Positions 8,679-17,880 of a stretch of 32,000 nucleotides of DNA are shown here, one piece after another. The notes beneath the pieces were generated by a model that made no database searches, was not told where the DNA came from, and worked only from the letters and a program-made list of their open reading frames with translations. This DNA is from Acidothermus cellulolyticus 11B (lineage in GTDB: Bacteria; Actinomycetota; Actinomycetes; Acidothermales; Acidothermaceae). A program made the translations under genes and the position numbers. Within the stretch, counting starts at the first letter, position 1. The number at the start of each line of letters is the position of its first letter. Where the stretch lies: contig NC_008578.1 in NCBI RefSeq assembly GCF_000015025.1, forward strand, positions 2,040,001 through 2,072,000, in the 5' to 3' direction.

Positions 8679-8713
8679 GTGCGGGGTGGGCATCCCGCTC
8701 GCCCACCCCGCAC
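8679..8713 (+). promoter_or_regulatory. Intercistronic RNA stem-loop (perfect 13-bp stem, 9-nt loop) between the binding-protein and permease genes
   Basis: GTGCGGGGTGGGC (8679-8691) pairs perfectly with GCCCACCCCGCAC (8701-8713). No U-tract follows. Confidence 0.7.
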
Positions 8714-8732
8714 TGACGGTTGAGAGGTGCCC

Positions 8733-9791
8733 ATGAGCCAGACGCTTGATACCGCTTCACTCCAGCGCGAACCGGGGGTTGTCCCGTCGACTCGGACCGC
8801 ATTCGTGCGGTTCCTGGGACGTCCCGAGACCGGCGCTCTCGCCGGCGCTATCGCGGTCTACCTGTTCTTTTACGCTCTCGCCCCGGCTTTCCGAGACGCC
8901 TCGTCGTTCGCCAGTGTGCTCTACGTCAGTTCGACGTTTGGAATTCCGGCAGTCGCGGTGGCGCTCCTAATGATCGGCGGAGAATTCGACCTTTCCGCGG
9001 GGGTCGCAGTGATCGCCGCCGCGCTCGCGGCATCAATGTTCAGCTACCAACTCAACACGAACATGTGGGTCGGCGTTCTGGTGTCGTTCGGCATCGCCAT
9101 GGCGATCGGCTTCATCAACGGCTATCTCGTCGTAAAGACGGGAATACCGAGCTTTCTCGTGACGCTCGGCACGTTCTTCATGATTCAGGGCCTCAACCTA
9201 GCCGTGACGAAGCTCATCACCGGCAATGTGGCGACGAGCGACGTCTCAAACATGCAAGGCTTTCACTCGGCGCATGAGGTTTTCGCGTCGACCATTACCG
9301 TCGGCGGCGTCGCACTGAAAGTGACGCTTTTCTGGTGGATCGGCTTCGTGCTCGTGGGCACCTGGATACTTCGCCGTACCCGGGTCGGAAACTGGATCTT
9401 CGCTGTCGGCGGTTCCGCCACCAGCGCTCGGGCGGTGGGTGTGCCGGTCAAGCAGGTGAAGGTCGGGCTCTTCATGGCGGTGAGTTTCCTGACCTGGTTT
9501 ACCGGCATGCACCTGCTCTTCAACTACAACACGATCCAGTCGGGGAACGGTATCGGCAATGAATTCGTGTACATCATCTCCGCGGTTGTCGGTAGCTGCT
9601 TGCTCACCGGCGGCTACGGTTCGGTGGTGGGAGCTGCGATCGGCGCACTGATCTTTGGCATGACGAACCAAGGCATCGTGTACGCCGGGTGGAATCCGGA
9701 CTGGTTCAAGTTCTTTCTCGGTGCGATCCTTCTTGCGGCGATTCTGCTGAACAACTGGATCCGAGGCCGGAGCGAGGAGGCCAACCAATGA
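8733..9791 (+). CDS. Sugar ABC transporter permease (RbsC/FrcC-like, BPD_transp_2)
   Basis: A multi-pass hydrophobic protein (...[14 protein letters not shown]..., ...[13 protein letters not shown]...). The ATG at 8733 sits 5 nt after GAGAGG. The track start at 8727 is an in-frame GTG alternative. Confidence 0.88.
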   Translation: MSQTLDTASLQREPGVVPSTRTAFVRFLGRPETGALAGAIAVYLFFYALAPAFRDASSFASVLYVSSTFGIPAVAVALLMIGGEFDLSAGVAVIAAALAASMFSYQLNTNMWVGVLVSFGIAMAIGFINGYLVVKTGIPSFLVTLGTFFMIQGLNLAVTKLITGNVATSDVSNMQGFHSAHEVFASTITVGGVALKVTLFWWIGFVLVGTWILRRTRVGNWIFAVGGSATSARAVGVPVKQVKVGLFMAVSFLTWFTGMHLLFNYNTIQSGNGIGNEFVYIISAVVGSCLLTGGYGSVVGAAIGALIFGMTNQGIVYAGWNPDWFKFFLGAILLAAILLNNWIRGRSEEANQ

Positions 9792-10672
9792 CGACGATGA
9801 CTGCGACGAGCACGCGAACGCCTTTGGTGAAACTTACCGCCGTTGGCAAGCGTTACGGGAGCATCGTGGCGCTGCACGGTGTCGATCTCGAGGTCAACGC
9901 CGGCGAGGTCACCTGCGTCCTCGGCGACAATGGCGCCGGAAAGACGACGCTCATCAAAATCGTTTCGGGCGTTCACCGGCCGGACGAGGGAACCTTCGAG
10001 GTCGAAGGCGAGCAGGTCGAATTCTCTTCGCCCCGAGAGGCCCTCGAGCGTGGCATTGCGACGGTATACCAGGACCTGGCGGTGGTTCCGCTGATGCCGG
10101 TCTGGCGCAACTTCTTCCTGGGAAACGAGGTGCGCAAGGGCCTCGGCATGGACATCCGCTTCATGCGCGAGACCACCAAGAGCGTTCTTCACGAGATGGG
10201 CATCGATCTCCGTGATGTCGACCAGCCGATCGGCACCCTCTCCGGCGGCGAACGGCAGAGCGTCGCAATTGCCCGGGCTGTGTATCGAGGTGCGAAAGTC
10301 CTCATCCTGGACGAACCGACCGCAGCACTCGGAGTCAAGCAAGCCGGTATGGTCCTGCGCTACATCGTGCAGGCCAAGGAGCGTGGCGTCGGCGTCATCT
10401 TTATCACGCACAACCCGCACCACGCCTACCCCGTCGGCGATCGATTTCTCTTGCTCAACCGGGGACGCACCCTCGGATATTACCGACGCGGCGAGATCGA
10501 TCGCACCGAGCTGATCGGTCTCATGGCCGGTGGCCGTGAACTGGAGGAACTCAGTCACGAACTGGAGCAGGTAGGGTCAGCCGGAGCCCGAGCGGCAAAG
10601 GTCTTTGACGAAGAAGCCCGCGATCTTCTCGCTCGGGAATCGAGTGATCGGACCGCATCCGATGGCGACTGA
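9788..10672 (+). CDS. Sugar ABC transporter ATP-binding protein (single nucleotide-binding domain)
   Basis: The ATG at 9788 overlaps the permease stop (ATGA). Walker A is GDNGAGKTT, the ABC signature is LSGGERQ and Walker B is LILDEPT. The track ORF start at 9689 lies inside the permease gene. Confidence 0.9.
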   Translation: MTTMTATSTRTPLVKLTAVGKRYGSIVALHGVDLEVNAGEVTCVLGDNGAGKTTLIKIVSGVHRPDEGTFEVEGEQVEFSSPREALERGIATVYQDLAVVPLMPVWRNFFLGNEVRKGLGMDIRFMRETTKSVLHEMGIDLRDVDQPIGTLSGGERQSVAIARAVYRGAKVLILDEPTAALGVKQAGMVLRYIVQAKERGVGVIFITHNPHHAYPVGDRFLLLNRGRTLGYYRRGEIDRTELIGLMAGGRELEELSHELEQVGSAGARAAKVFDEEARDLLARESSDRTASDGD

Positions 10673-11687
10673 CAGGAGCGTTCGGATCGGCCTCATCGGT
10701 GCGGGCGCCATCGGTGAGGATCACGCACGCCGGCTCAGCACGGTGATCCGCGGGGCGGACGTCGTCGCGGTCCATGACGTCGATCCAAGCCGAGCCAAAA
10801 CGGTCGCGACACGTTTCCGGGATGCCCGCGTCATACCCGACGGCAATTCGCTGATCGGGGATCCAGATGTTGACGCGGTCGTCGTTGCATCAGCCGCCCC
10901 CACGCACGAAGCGTATGTTCTCGCGGCCATCGCCGCCCGGAAGCCGGTTTTCTGTGAGAAACCCCTGGCGACGACTGCCGCGGGATGTCTCCGGATCGTC
11001 GAGGCGGAGAAGGCGCACGGCCGCCGTTTTGTGCGCGTCGGTTTCATGCGCCGCTTCGATCCGGCGTACTTGGGTCTCAAGGCCGAGCTTCGCTCCGGCG
11101 CGATCGGCCATCCCCTGCTCGCGCATCTCGCGCACCGGAATCCCGCCGTGCCCAGCACACTGCGGACGACGGATGCCATCGCGGACTCACTCGTGCACGA
11201 AATGGACCTGGTGCGCTGGCTGTTCGACACCGAAATTCGGGAGGTACGAGCCGTTGCCGGGCGACGCAACGCGAAGGCTGGCCCGGATCTTCACGACCCT
11301 CTGCTCGTCCTCGTCCGCATGGCCACGGACGTCGTTGTCGACGTCGAGCTATCCCTGAATATCGGCTACGGCTATCACATTCGGGCGGAAATTGTCGGCG
11401 AGAACGGCACCGTTGCGCTTGCCTCGGAGCAACCCATCGTCCGCCGTATTTCGGGAGAAGAACGTCGACCGGTCGCACAGCACTGGAAGACCCGGTTCGC
11501 GGCGGCGTACGACGCTGAGTTGTCGGAGTGGGTGCGTGACGTTTCGCAGGGTCGCGTGTCGGGACCGTCGGCGTGGGACGGCTACGCGGCTACCTTGGCG
11601 ACTGACGCTGCCGCCGAGTCCCTTCGGTCAGACACCGCGGTTGCCGCTTTCCCTGGGGATGTTCCGACCCTCTACCGCGAGCCGTAG
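10662..11687 (+). CDS. iolG: myo-inositol 2-dehydrogenase
   Basis: [25 protein letters not shown]...[21 protein letters not shown]...[11 protein letters not shown]...[14 protein letters not shown]...SGPSAWDGY is colinear with Bacillus subtilis IolG as I recall it. The start overlaps the ATPase stop by 11 nt. Confidence 0.85.
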   Translation: MATDRSVRIGLIGAGAIGEDHARRLSTVIRGADVVAVHDVDPSRAKTVATRFRDARVIPDGNSLIGDPDVDAVVVASAAPTHEAYVLAAIAARKPVFCEKPLATTAAGCLRIVEAEKAHGRRFVRVGFMRRFDPAYLGLKAELRSGAIGHPLLAHLAHRNPAVPSTLRTTDAIADSLVHEMDLVRWLFDTEIREVRAVAGRRNAKAGPDLHDPLLVLVRMATDVVVDVELSLNIGYGYHIRAEIVGENGTVALASEQPIVRRISGEERRPVAQHWKTRFAAAYDAELSEWVRDVSQGRVSGPSAWDGYAATLATDAAAESLRSDTAVAAFPGDVPTLYREP

Positions 11688-11701
11688 GAGGAGGGCACGC
11701 G

Positions 11702-12565
11702 ATGCAGATTGCGCTCGATCCGTACATGTTTCGGTCCGTTAGTCTGACCGACCTTCCGGGCATAGTGGCCGATCTCGGCTATGACGCCATCGAACTTTCG
11801 CCGCGGGACGACTTCCTCCCGTTCTTTGTTCACCCGCGTGCAGACCGTGACGCCATCAAGCGTTTCCGCAAGGCCCTGGCGTCCGCCGGCGTACGGCTGG
11901 CGTCTATTCTCCCGCTCTACCGCTGGTCCGGCCCGAGTGAGGACCAGCGCGCGGCAGCCGTCCGCTACTGGCGCCGTGCCATCGAGATAGCCGTCGAGCT
12001 GGAATGCCGAGTGATGAATTCCGAATTTAACGGGCGTCCGGAGGAGCCCGAGCGCAGCGAGGCTCAGTTCTGGCGCTCGATGGAGGAGCTGCTGCCCGTC
12101 TTTGAGCGGGAAGGTATTCAACTCCGTATCGAGCCCCATCCGGATGACTTCGTGGAGGACGGACGGCGGGCGATCGACATCATCCGGGGCATTAACCACC
12201 CGCTCGTCTCCTTTCTGTACTGCGCACCGCACACCTTCCACATGGGTGGCGACATTGCAGGAATCATGCGGTACGCCGGTTCGCTCCTCACGCACGTGCA
12301 CGTGGCGGACTCCTTCGATCACCGCGCATCATCCGGTCTCCGGTACATCATCAACCCTCCCGGATCGCCCGCTCGAGTGCACCAGCACCTGGATATCGGC
12401 CAGGGCGAGGTGGATTGGGACACCTTCTTCGCCGAGCTCAACCGCCTCGGCTTCGACGGAATCATGACCGTCTGCGTTTTCTCGTGGGAGGAACGCGCCC
12501 GCGAATCCAGCATCTTCATGCGGGAACAGATCCACGAATACCTTGCACGTTGGCATCGCTCGTGA
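11702..12565 (+). CDS. iolH: IolH-like sugar phosphate isomerase/epimerase (xylose-isomerase-like TIM barrel)
   Basis: 287 aa with GGAGGAGGG upstream. MQIALDPYMFRS...YDAIELSPRDDFLPFFVHPRAD...RYWRRAIEIAVEL...YCAPHTFHM...HVHVADSF...LDIGQGEVDWD matches my memory of B. subtilis IolH. Confidence 0.7.
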   Translation: MQIALDPYMFRSVSLTDLPGIVADLGYDAIELSPRDDFLPFFVHPRADRDAIKRFRKALASAGVRLASILPLYRWSGPSEDQRAAAVRYWRRAIEIAVELECRVMNSEFNGRPEEPERSEAQFWRSMEELLPVFEREGIQLRIEPHPDDFVEDGRRAIDIIRGINHPLVSFLYCAPHTFHMGGDIAGIMRYAGSLLTHVHVADSFDHRASSGLRYIINPPGSPARVHQHLDIGQGEVDWDTFFAELNRLGFDGIMTVCVFSWEERARESSIFMREQIHEYLARWHRS

Positions 12566-12577
12566 GGGAATAGGGAC

Positions 12578-13756
12578 ATGGATTCCATTGGCGTCGCTGT
12601 CATTGGCGGCGGCATGGCAGGCCGAGCGCACGCCGCAGCATATCGCATGGCGTCGACGGTGTACGGCGGGGATCTGCCGCCGATCCGCTTGGTCGCTATC
12701 GCGGATCTCGACGCAGAACTCGCGGCAGACGTGGCTAGGCGCTACGGATATAGCCGCAGCGAATCCGACTGGCGGACGATTGCGGAGGCTCCGGACGTCG
12801 ACGCCGTGAGCGTCGTCGTGAGCAATGCACTCCACCGGGAAATCGTCGAGGCACTACTCTCCGCTGGAAAGCACGTACTGTGCGAAAAGCCGCTTGCGGA
12901 CACGTTGGAGAACGCCCAGGCGATGCTCGCCGCCGCGAACCGGTCACCGCACGTCGCTGCGGTCGGTTTCACGTTTCGCCGGGCGCCGGCCATTGCCGCG
13001 ATTGCCGAATACGTCGCCAAGGGCGGGATCGGTAGGCCTTTTCACGCCTCTGCGCGGTACTGGTGCGATTACGCCGTCAGCAGTGCGGCGCCGATGAGTT
13101 GGCGATTTTCCGGACCGATCGGCAGCGGGGCATTGGCAGATCTAGGCTCGCATCTGATTGATGCCCTCGAGCAAGCCCTGGGCGACATCACGGCGGTTCG
13201 AGGCGCCTTTTGTTCGACCGTCATCACTGAGCGGCGATTGCCCCAGGGGCGGGTGCGCGGGCACGAATTCGCCGAGCTCAGTGACAAAACAGCGCGTGTG
13301 GAGAACGAAGACTTCGCACACTTCACCGCCCTCTTCGGCTCACAGACAAGCGGTGTGTTCTCCGTGTCCCGGGTTGCAACCGGCCTCCCCAATACCCTCG
13401 CGTTCGAGATCTTCGGTGAGGAGGGCGCTGTCGCGTTCGACTTCACCCGTCCCGGTGAATTTTGGATCACGAGCTCCACGCCCGCGGACCCTGACGCCCG
13501 TTGGCAGCGCGTCATTGTCGGCCCTCGGCATCCATACGTGGACCGCGGACTGCCGATGGATGCAGCGGGTGTCCACTACGGGCAGAACGATCTTTTCGCC
13601 TGGCAGGCTCGGGCATTCCTCGAGCAAATTTCCGGTCGATCGACACTGCCGCCCGTACCTGACTTTCGTACCGGACTTCACAACATGCACGTCATCGACG
13701 CTATCGCCCACTCGGCACATCGTGCCGGTTCAGAGGTATCGGTTGTCGGAATCTAG
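12578..13756 (+). CDS. Gfo/Idh/MocA-family oxidoreductase
   Basis: 392 aa. The N-terminal Rossmann motif is IGVAVIGGGMAGRAHA and HVLCEKPLA is present. It lies in the operon between two TIM-barrel genes. Confidence 0.85.
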   Translation: MDSIGVAVIGGGMAGRAHAAAYRMASTVYGGDLPPIRLVAIADLDAELAADVARRYGYSRSESDWRTIAEAPDVDAVSVVVSNALHREIVEALLSAGKHVLCEKPLADTLENAQAMLAAANRSPHVAAVGFTFRRAPAIAAIAEYVAKGGIGRPFHASARYWCDYAVSSAAPMSWRFSGPIGSGALADLGSHLIDALEQALGDITAVRGAFCSTVITERRLPQGRVRGHEFAELSDKTARVENEDFAHFTALFGSQTSGVFSVSRVATGLPNTLAFEIFGEEGAVAFDFTRPGEFWITSSTPADPDARWQRVIVGPRHPYVDRGLPMDAAGVHYGQNDLFAWQARAFLEQISGRSTLPPVPDFRTGLHNMHVIDAIAHSAHRAGSEVSVVGI

Positions 13757-13765
13757 GAGTGTATC

Positions 13766-14755
13766 GTGAAACTTGGTGTCTATACTGCCTGCTTGCACGA
13801 CCGGCCGCTCAGCGAGGCGCTCGACGTTATCCGCGAGCTCGGTCTGAACAGCGCCGAAATCAATTCGGGCGGATTTCTCCCCACCCCGCACCTGCCGGTA
13901 CAGAAGCTGCTCGATAGTCAGAGTGCACGGGACGACTACCTTGACGCTTTTCACTCCCGCGGCCTGACCCTCACCGCGCTAAACTGCAACGGCAATCCGC
14001 TGCATCCCGATCCTGAGGTGAGAGAGAAGCACGCCGCGGACCTGCGACGTTCAATCGAAGTGGCCGCTGCGCTCGGTGTACGGCGCGTTGTCACCATGTC
14101 GGGTCTGCCGGCCTCTGACCCCGGTGGTCGCTTGCCGTCGTGGACAGTTGTCCCGTGGGACAGCGCGTATCTGGATGTGCGGGACTACCAGTGGAACGAC
14201 ATCGCGATCCCGTTCTGGCGAGAGATCGACAGGCTCGCCCGGGATCACAACGTGCGCGTCTGCATTGAAATGCATCCGCACAACATCGTCTACAATCCCG
14301 TTACATTGGTTCGGCTTGTCGACGCTATCGACGCCACACATGTCGGCGCGGAGATGGATCCGAGTCACCTCTTCTGGCAAGGGATCGATCCGGTGGTGGC
14401 GGTTCGTTTTCTTGGAAAGCTGGTCTACAACGCTGCAGCCAAGGACACACGCATCAATGCCAAGGTCAATCTTTACGGCGTCCTCGACGACCGGTTCAAC
14501 CGGGTCGCACCTGATGCTCCTAAGGTGTCTCTAGGCGGACGCTACGCGCTCAACCGCTGGCCGGATGACGCAGCGTGGGATTTCGTAGCGGTCGGCCGTG
14601 GTCACGATACCGGATGGTGGCATGAATTTCTCCGTGCGCTGGCCGAAGTGGATCCGGACATGGCAGTCAACATTGAGCACGAGGACAGGGAGCTGGACAG
14701 CATGACGGGCCTCCGGATCGCCGCAGAAACCCTGCGCATTGCCGCGAAGCCGTAA
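13766..14755 (+). CDS. Sugar phosphate isomerase/epimerase (xylose-isomerase-like TIM barrel)
   Basis: 329 aa with a GTG start 6 nt after AGGAG. The AP_endonuc_2-like pattern includes ...LGLNSAEINSGG..., ...VRVCIEMHPHN... and ...NIEHED.... Confidence 0.8.
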   Translation: MKLGVYTACLHDRPLSEALDVIRELGLNSAEINSGGFLPTPHLPVQKLLDSQSARDDYLDAFHSRGLTLTALNCNGNPLHPDPEVREKHAADLRRSIEVAAALGVRRVVTMSGLPASDPGGRLPSWTVVPWDSAYLDVRDYQWNDIAIPFWREIDRLARDHNVRVCIEMHPHNIVYNPVTLVRLVDAIDATHVGAEMDPSHLFWQGIDPVVAVRFLGKLVYNAAAKDTRINAKVNLYGVLDDRFNRVAPDAPKVSLGGRYALNRWPDDAAWDFVAVGRGHDTGWWHEFLRALAEVDPDMAVNIEHEDRELDSMTGLRIAAETLRIAAKP

Positions 14756-14794
14756 CAACCTGTGCGGCGACTGCAGTCTCACCGGATACGTGCT

Positions 14795-14839
14795 GTGGCG
14801 GACGGTTCGACACGCCAAAGCTGTCGAACCGTCCGCCAC
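14795..14839. terminator. Bidirectional intrinsic-terminator-like hairpin between convergent operons
   Basis: A perfect 18-bp stem forms between GTGGCGGACGGTTCGACA (14795-14812) and TGTCGAACCGTCCGCCAC (14822-14839), with a 9-nt loop. It lies between the stop at 14755 (+) and the stop at 14866 (-). Confidence 0.8.
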
Positions 14840-14865
14840 ACCCCCTCACGCAGCCGCTCGGCGCG

Positions 14866-16032
14866 TCAGGGTTTGGCCGGATGCCGCCGCGCCTCCCACT
14901 GGTCCAGTTCCTTCGCGAGCGTCGCCGGATCCCAGCGATCGCACAGAGCGCGCCAGACTAGATCGGCCTGCGTCGCCGGAGCCAATCCATTGACCGGCGG
15001 GTCATTGTCAAGGTTAGTAGGAAAGGCGTATCCCTCTGCCGCCGCCGCGACGACATTGTGCAACTCCCGTTCACTCATGCCCGATCGGGCACGATCGAGG
15101 AGGGCCGGGTAGACGGCACGGCATATTCCGATGCGATTCACAACCTCCATGGCGCGACCGAAGGCAGCGGAGATCTGGAGAAGATTGGCCATGCGCTTGA
15201 TCTCCGCTGACCGGTTCTCGCCTGCGCCATGGAAGACCGCCGGGTTGAAGAATGCCGCGTCCCCCTTGCGCAACGGCAACTGGACGTAGTGCTCGTTGAA
15301 GTACTCGATGAATTCCGGGCGGTGGAACGCCAGGTAGCCGGGGCCATACAGCTGCGAGTATGGGAGATACATCGTGGGGCCGCTCTCCACCGGCATGTCG
15401 GTATGCGCGACCGCACCTTGGAGAGTAAGACCGGCGGAGAGCCAGTGAAGGTGAGCGGGATAACGCGACGCTTGCTCGTCGGACATGAAGCCAAGGTGGT
15501 AGTCGCGGTGCGCGACCTGGGCCTTCCCCCCTGGATTCACGACGTTGACCTGCGACGTCACCTGATAGTTCGGGCCGAGCCACGCACGAGCCGCTGCGGC
15601 GATGACGTCGTTCGCGTAGTAGTCAACGAAGACCTCCGGTGCCCGGAAGGCAAGTTTGTCAAGAGCGTGCCACACTCGATCGTTTGCGCCGGGTTTGGCA
15701 AAATGATCGCCTGCCTGCCGGCCCGCGGCGTGCTGCTCCTCGATGAGCACGCGGAAGGCAGCGGTCGCCCGGTCGACCACAGCAGTGTCTGGAAACGCTG
15801 CTTCGAAGACAGCCACACCGGGGCCATCCGCGAAGACGCGTGCAAGCTCGCGCTCGGCTTGGTCTCGTCCATCCTCCGAGGCGAGGGCAGTACGGAATCG
15901 CTCACCGTAAATGACGACGTTCTTCTCGATCCGCTCAGCCAGCGGATATTCCCGTTGGTCGGTCTCTCGCTCGACAAGCGACCGGAAATCAGCCAGACGG
16001 CAGTCCTCGCTGGTGAACCGATACGTTTGCAT
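14866..16032 (-). CDS. Phytanoyl-CoA dioxygenase (PhyH) family Fe(II)/2-oxoglutarate-dependent dioxygenase
   Basis: The track ORF is trimmed to the ATG at 16032, which sits 8 nt after GGAGG (MQTYRFTSED...). A candidate facial triad is the HRD in AQVAHRDYH plus the distal His in NPAVFHGAGENRS. The overall length and pattern are PhyH-like. Confidence 0.75.
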   Translation of the reverse strand: MQTYRFTSEDCRLADFRSLVERETDQREYPLAERIEKNVVIYGERFRTALASEDGRDQAERELARVFADGPGVAVFEAAFPDTAVVDRATAAFRVLIEEQHAAGRQAGDHFAKPGANDRVWHALDKLAFRAPEVFVDYYANDVIAAAARAWLGPNYQVTSQVNVVNPGGKAQVAHRDYHLGFMSDEQASRYPAHLHWLSAGLTLQGAVAHTDMPVESGPTMYLPYSQLYGPGYLAFHRPEFIEYFNEHYVQLPLRKGDAAFFNPAVFHGAGENRSAEIKRMANLLQISAAFGRAMEVVNRIGICRAVYPALLDRARSGMSERELHNVVAAAAEGYAFPTNLDNDPPVNGLAPATQADLVWRALCDRWDPATLAKELDQWEARRHPAKP

Positions 16033-16051
16033 CACGACAACCTCCATTCCA

Positions 16052-17074
16052 TCACCTGCTCGGTACGCCCCATTTCTCCTTAAGTTCCGCAAGCTGCACC
16101 GGCCGATGTTCGGCCAGAGAGAGAGTGCACGCCTCTGCTACCCAACTTGCCTCGATTGCGTCGTCGATGGGACAGGGCGAGTTCTGCCTTCCGGCGACCA
16201 CATCAAGAAAGGCCTGCATTTCAGCCCGAAACGCCGCCGCCAGCCGATCCATGAAGAACGTGTACGGCACGCCGTCCGGAAAAGTAACGCCGGGTTCCAC
16301 CGATCGAAGCGGAAGATGCGAGTCCAGGCCTACGGCGATGCTGTCGCGGGATCCATGGATCTCTAGACGGACATCGTAACCTCGGCCGTTGTACCGTGAA
16401 TTGGAGATGACCCCGATGGTGTCGTCGTCAAAACGCAGCAAGGCACTTGCCGTGTCGACGTCGTCGAACTTACGGAAGATCGCGTCGCCCTTGTTTCCGC
16501 CAGTCGCGTACACCTCGACGACATCCCGGCCTGTCATCCACCGGACAATGTCAAAGTCGTGCACAGCGCAATCGCGGAAAATACCGCCTGAGACGGCCAC
16601 GTAACTCGCCGGCGGCGGCGCCGGGTCGAGAGTGGTGGAACGAATCGTGTGTATCCAGCCCAGCTCACCGTTGCTCACCGCCTGGCGGGCTGCAACGAAA
16701 CCCGGATCAAATCGTCGGGGATATCCGATCTGCACCGTCGCACGGTTCTCCCGGACCTCGTGACACAGCTCGATGGCGTCAGCAAGTTCCTTCGCCACCG
16801 GCTTTTCGCAGAACGTCGGTACGCCGGCCGCGATGCAGCGCTTCAGCAACTCAGGATGGGTATCGGTCGCGGTAGCGATAACGACACCGTCTACGCCGGC
16901 GGCCAGAAGCTCATCGAGTGAAGCAGCCGATTCAACGGCCAACTCCTGCGCAACAGCCTGGACGCGATGCTCGTCGACGTCCGCAACGATGAGCGTTGAG
17001 ACATCCGGAAAGGTCCGGAGGTTCCGCGCGTGCAGTGATCCGATTCGCCCAAGCCCGATCACGCCGATGCGCAT
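16052..17074 (-). CDS. Gfo/Idh/MocA-family oxidoreductase, inositol dehydrogenase-like (paralogue of 6615-7607)
   Basis: MRIGVIGLGRIGSLHARNL...TFCEKPVA...GGIFRDCAVHDFDIVRW...RYNGRGYDVRLEI...AEHRPVQLAEL is colinear with the 6615-7607 product over its full length. A GTG at 17086 is an alternative start. Confidence 0.85.
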   Translation of the reverse strand: MRIGVIGLGRIGSLHARNLRTFPDVSTLIVADVDEHRVQAVAQELAVESAASLDELLAAGVDGVVIATATDTHPELLKRCIAAGVPTFCEKPVAKELADAIELCHEVRENRATVQIGYPRRFDPGFVAARQAVSNGELGWIHTIRSTTLDPAPPPASYVAVSGGIFRDCAVHDFDIVRWMTGRDVVEVYATGGNKGDAIFRKFDDVDTASALLRFDDDTIGVISNSRYNGRGYDVRLEIHGSRDSIAVGLDSHLPLRSVEPGVTFPDGVPYTFFMDRLAAAFRAEMQAFLDVVAGRQNSPCPIDDAIEASWVAEACTLSLAEHRPVQLAELKEKWGVPSR

Positions 17075-17101
17075 GCCGTTTCCCACTCCTCTTCCAGGCC
17101 G

Positions 17102-17878
17102 CTAATCCAAGCCGCCGAACACGTTCTGATCCCAGTCGATGACAGATCCGGTGACCACACCGCTGCGGTCGGAAAGGAGGAAGACCACAAAGTCCGCGAT
17201 TTCGTCCGGCCGCGCAAGTCTCCCCATCGGGAGCTTCTTCGCCGCCTGGTCCCGCCAGTCATCGCCGGCGCCGTGGAATTGGCGCTGAATTGCGTCCTCG
17301 CCTTCGGTATCGGTCCAGCCGATGTTGAGCCCGTTGACACGGATCCGGTCCCACCGGAGCGCATACGCGGCGTTGCGGGTGAGACCCACCAAGCCGGCTT
17401 TGGACGCGACGTACGGCGTCAGATACGGCTGGCCGGCATGAGCTGAGGACGTAATGATGTTCACGATCGTTCCGGGCGCGCGACGGGCGAGCATGTCACG
17501 GACCACTGCCTGCATGAGAAAAAACGGCCCGCGCAGGTTCACCGCGACATGGGCGTCAAAGAGCTCGGGCTCGGTGTCGAGGAGAGTACCCCGCGTGGTC
17601 AGACCGGCGGAATTGACCAGGCAGTCGACGCGCCCAAAAGTCTCTATCGTCTGGGCGACGGCGGCACGTGCTTGGCCCACGTCGCCCACGTCCGCACGAA
17701 AATACGCCGCCCTTGCTCCGCTGCTCTCCAACTCCCGGACGAACGCTTCGCCGAGCTCGGCCCGCCTGCCCAGAACGGCGACAGCGGCACCCTCCCGTAC
17801 GGCTGCCCGCGCGATCGCCGCACCCAGCCCCTGAGTGCCGCCGCTGATGAGCACGACCTTGTCGGTGAGAAGCGCCAT
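17102..17878 (-). CDS. Short-chain dehydrogenase/reductase (SDR) family oxidoreductase
   Basis: The cofactor motif is MALLTDKVVLISGGTQGLGAAIA and the catalytic pair is YVASKAGL (YxxxK). The ATG at 17878 starts 2 nt after the iolE stop (TAGCAATG). Confidence 0.88.
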   Translation of the reverse strand: MALLTDKVVLISGGTQGLGAAIARAAVREGAAVAVLGRRAELGEAFVRELESSGARAAYFRADVGDVGQARAAVAQTIETFGRVDCLVNSAGLTTRGTLLDTEPELFDAHVAVNLRGPFFLMQAVVRDMLARRAPGTIVNIITSSAHAGQPYLTPYVASKAGLVGLTRNAAYALRWDRIRVNGLNIGWTDTEGEDAIQRQFHGAGDDWRDQAAKKLPMGRLARPDEIADFVVFLLSDRSGVVTGSVIDWDQNVFGGLD

Positions 17879-17880
17879 TG

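Noticed and set aside
6510-8734. Minus-strand ORFs 6510-7694 (394 aa) and 7781-8734 (317 aa)
   Set aside because: They are antisense to the dehydrogenase and binding-protein genes. They have no recognisable domains and show a shadow-frame composition.
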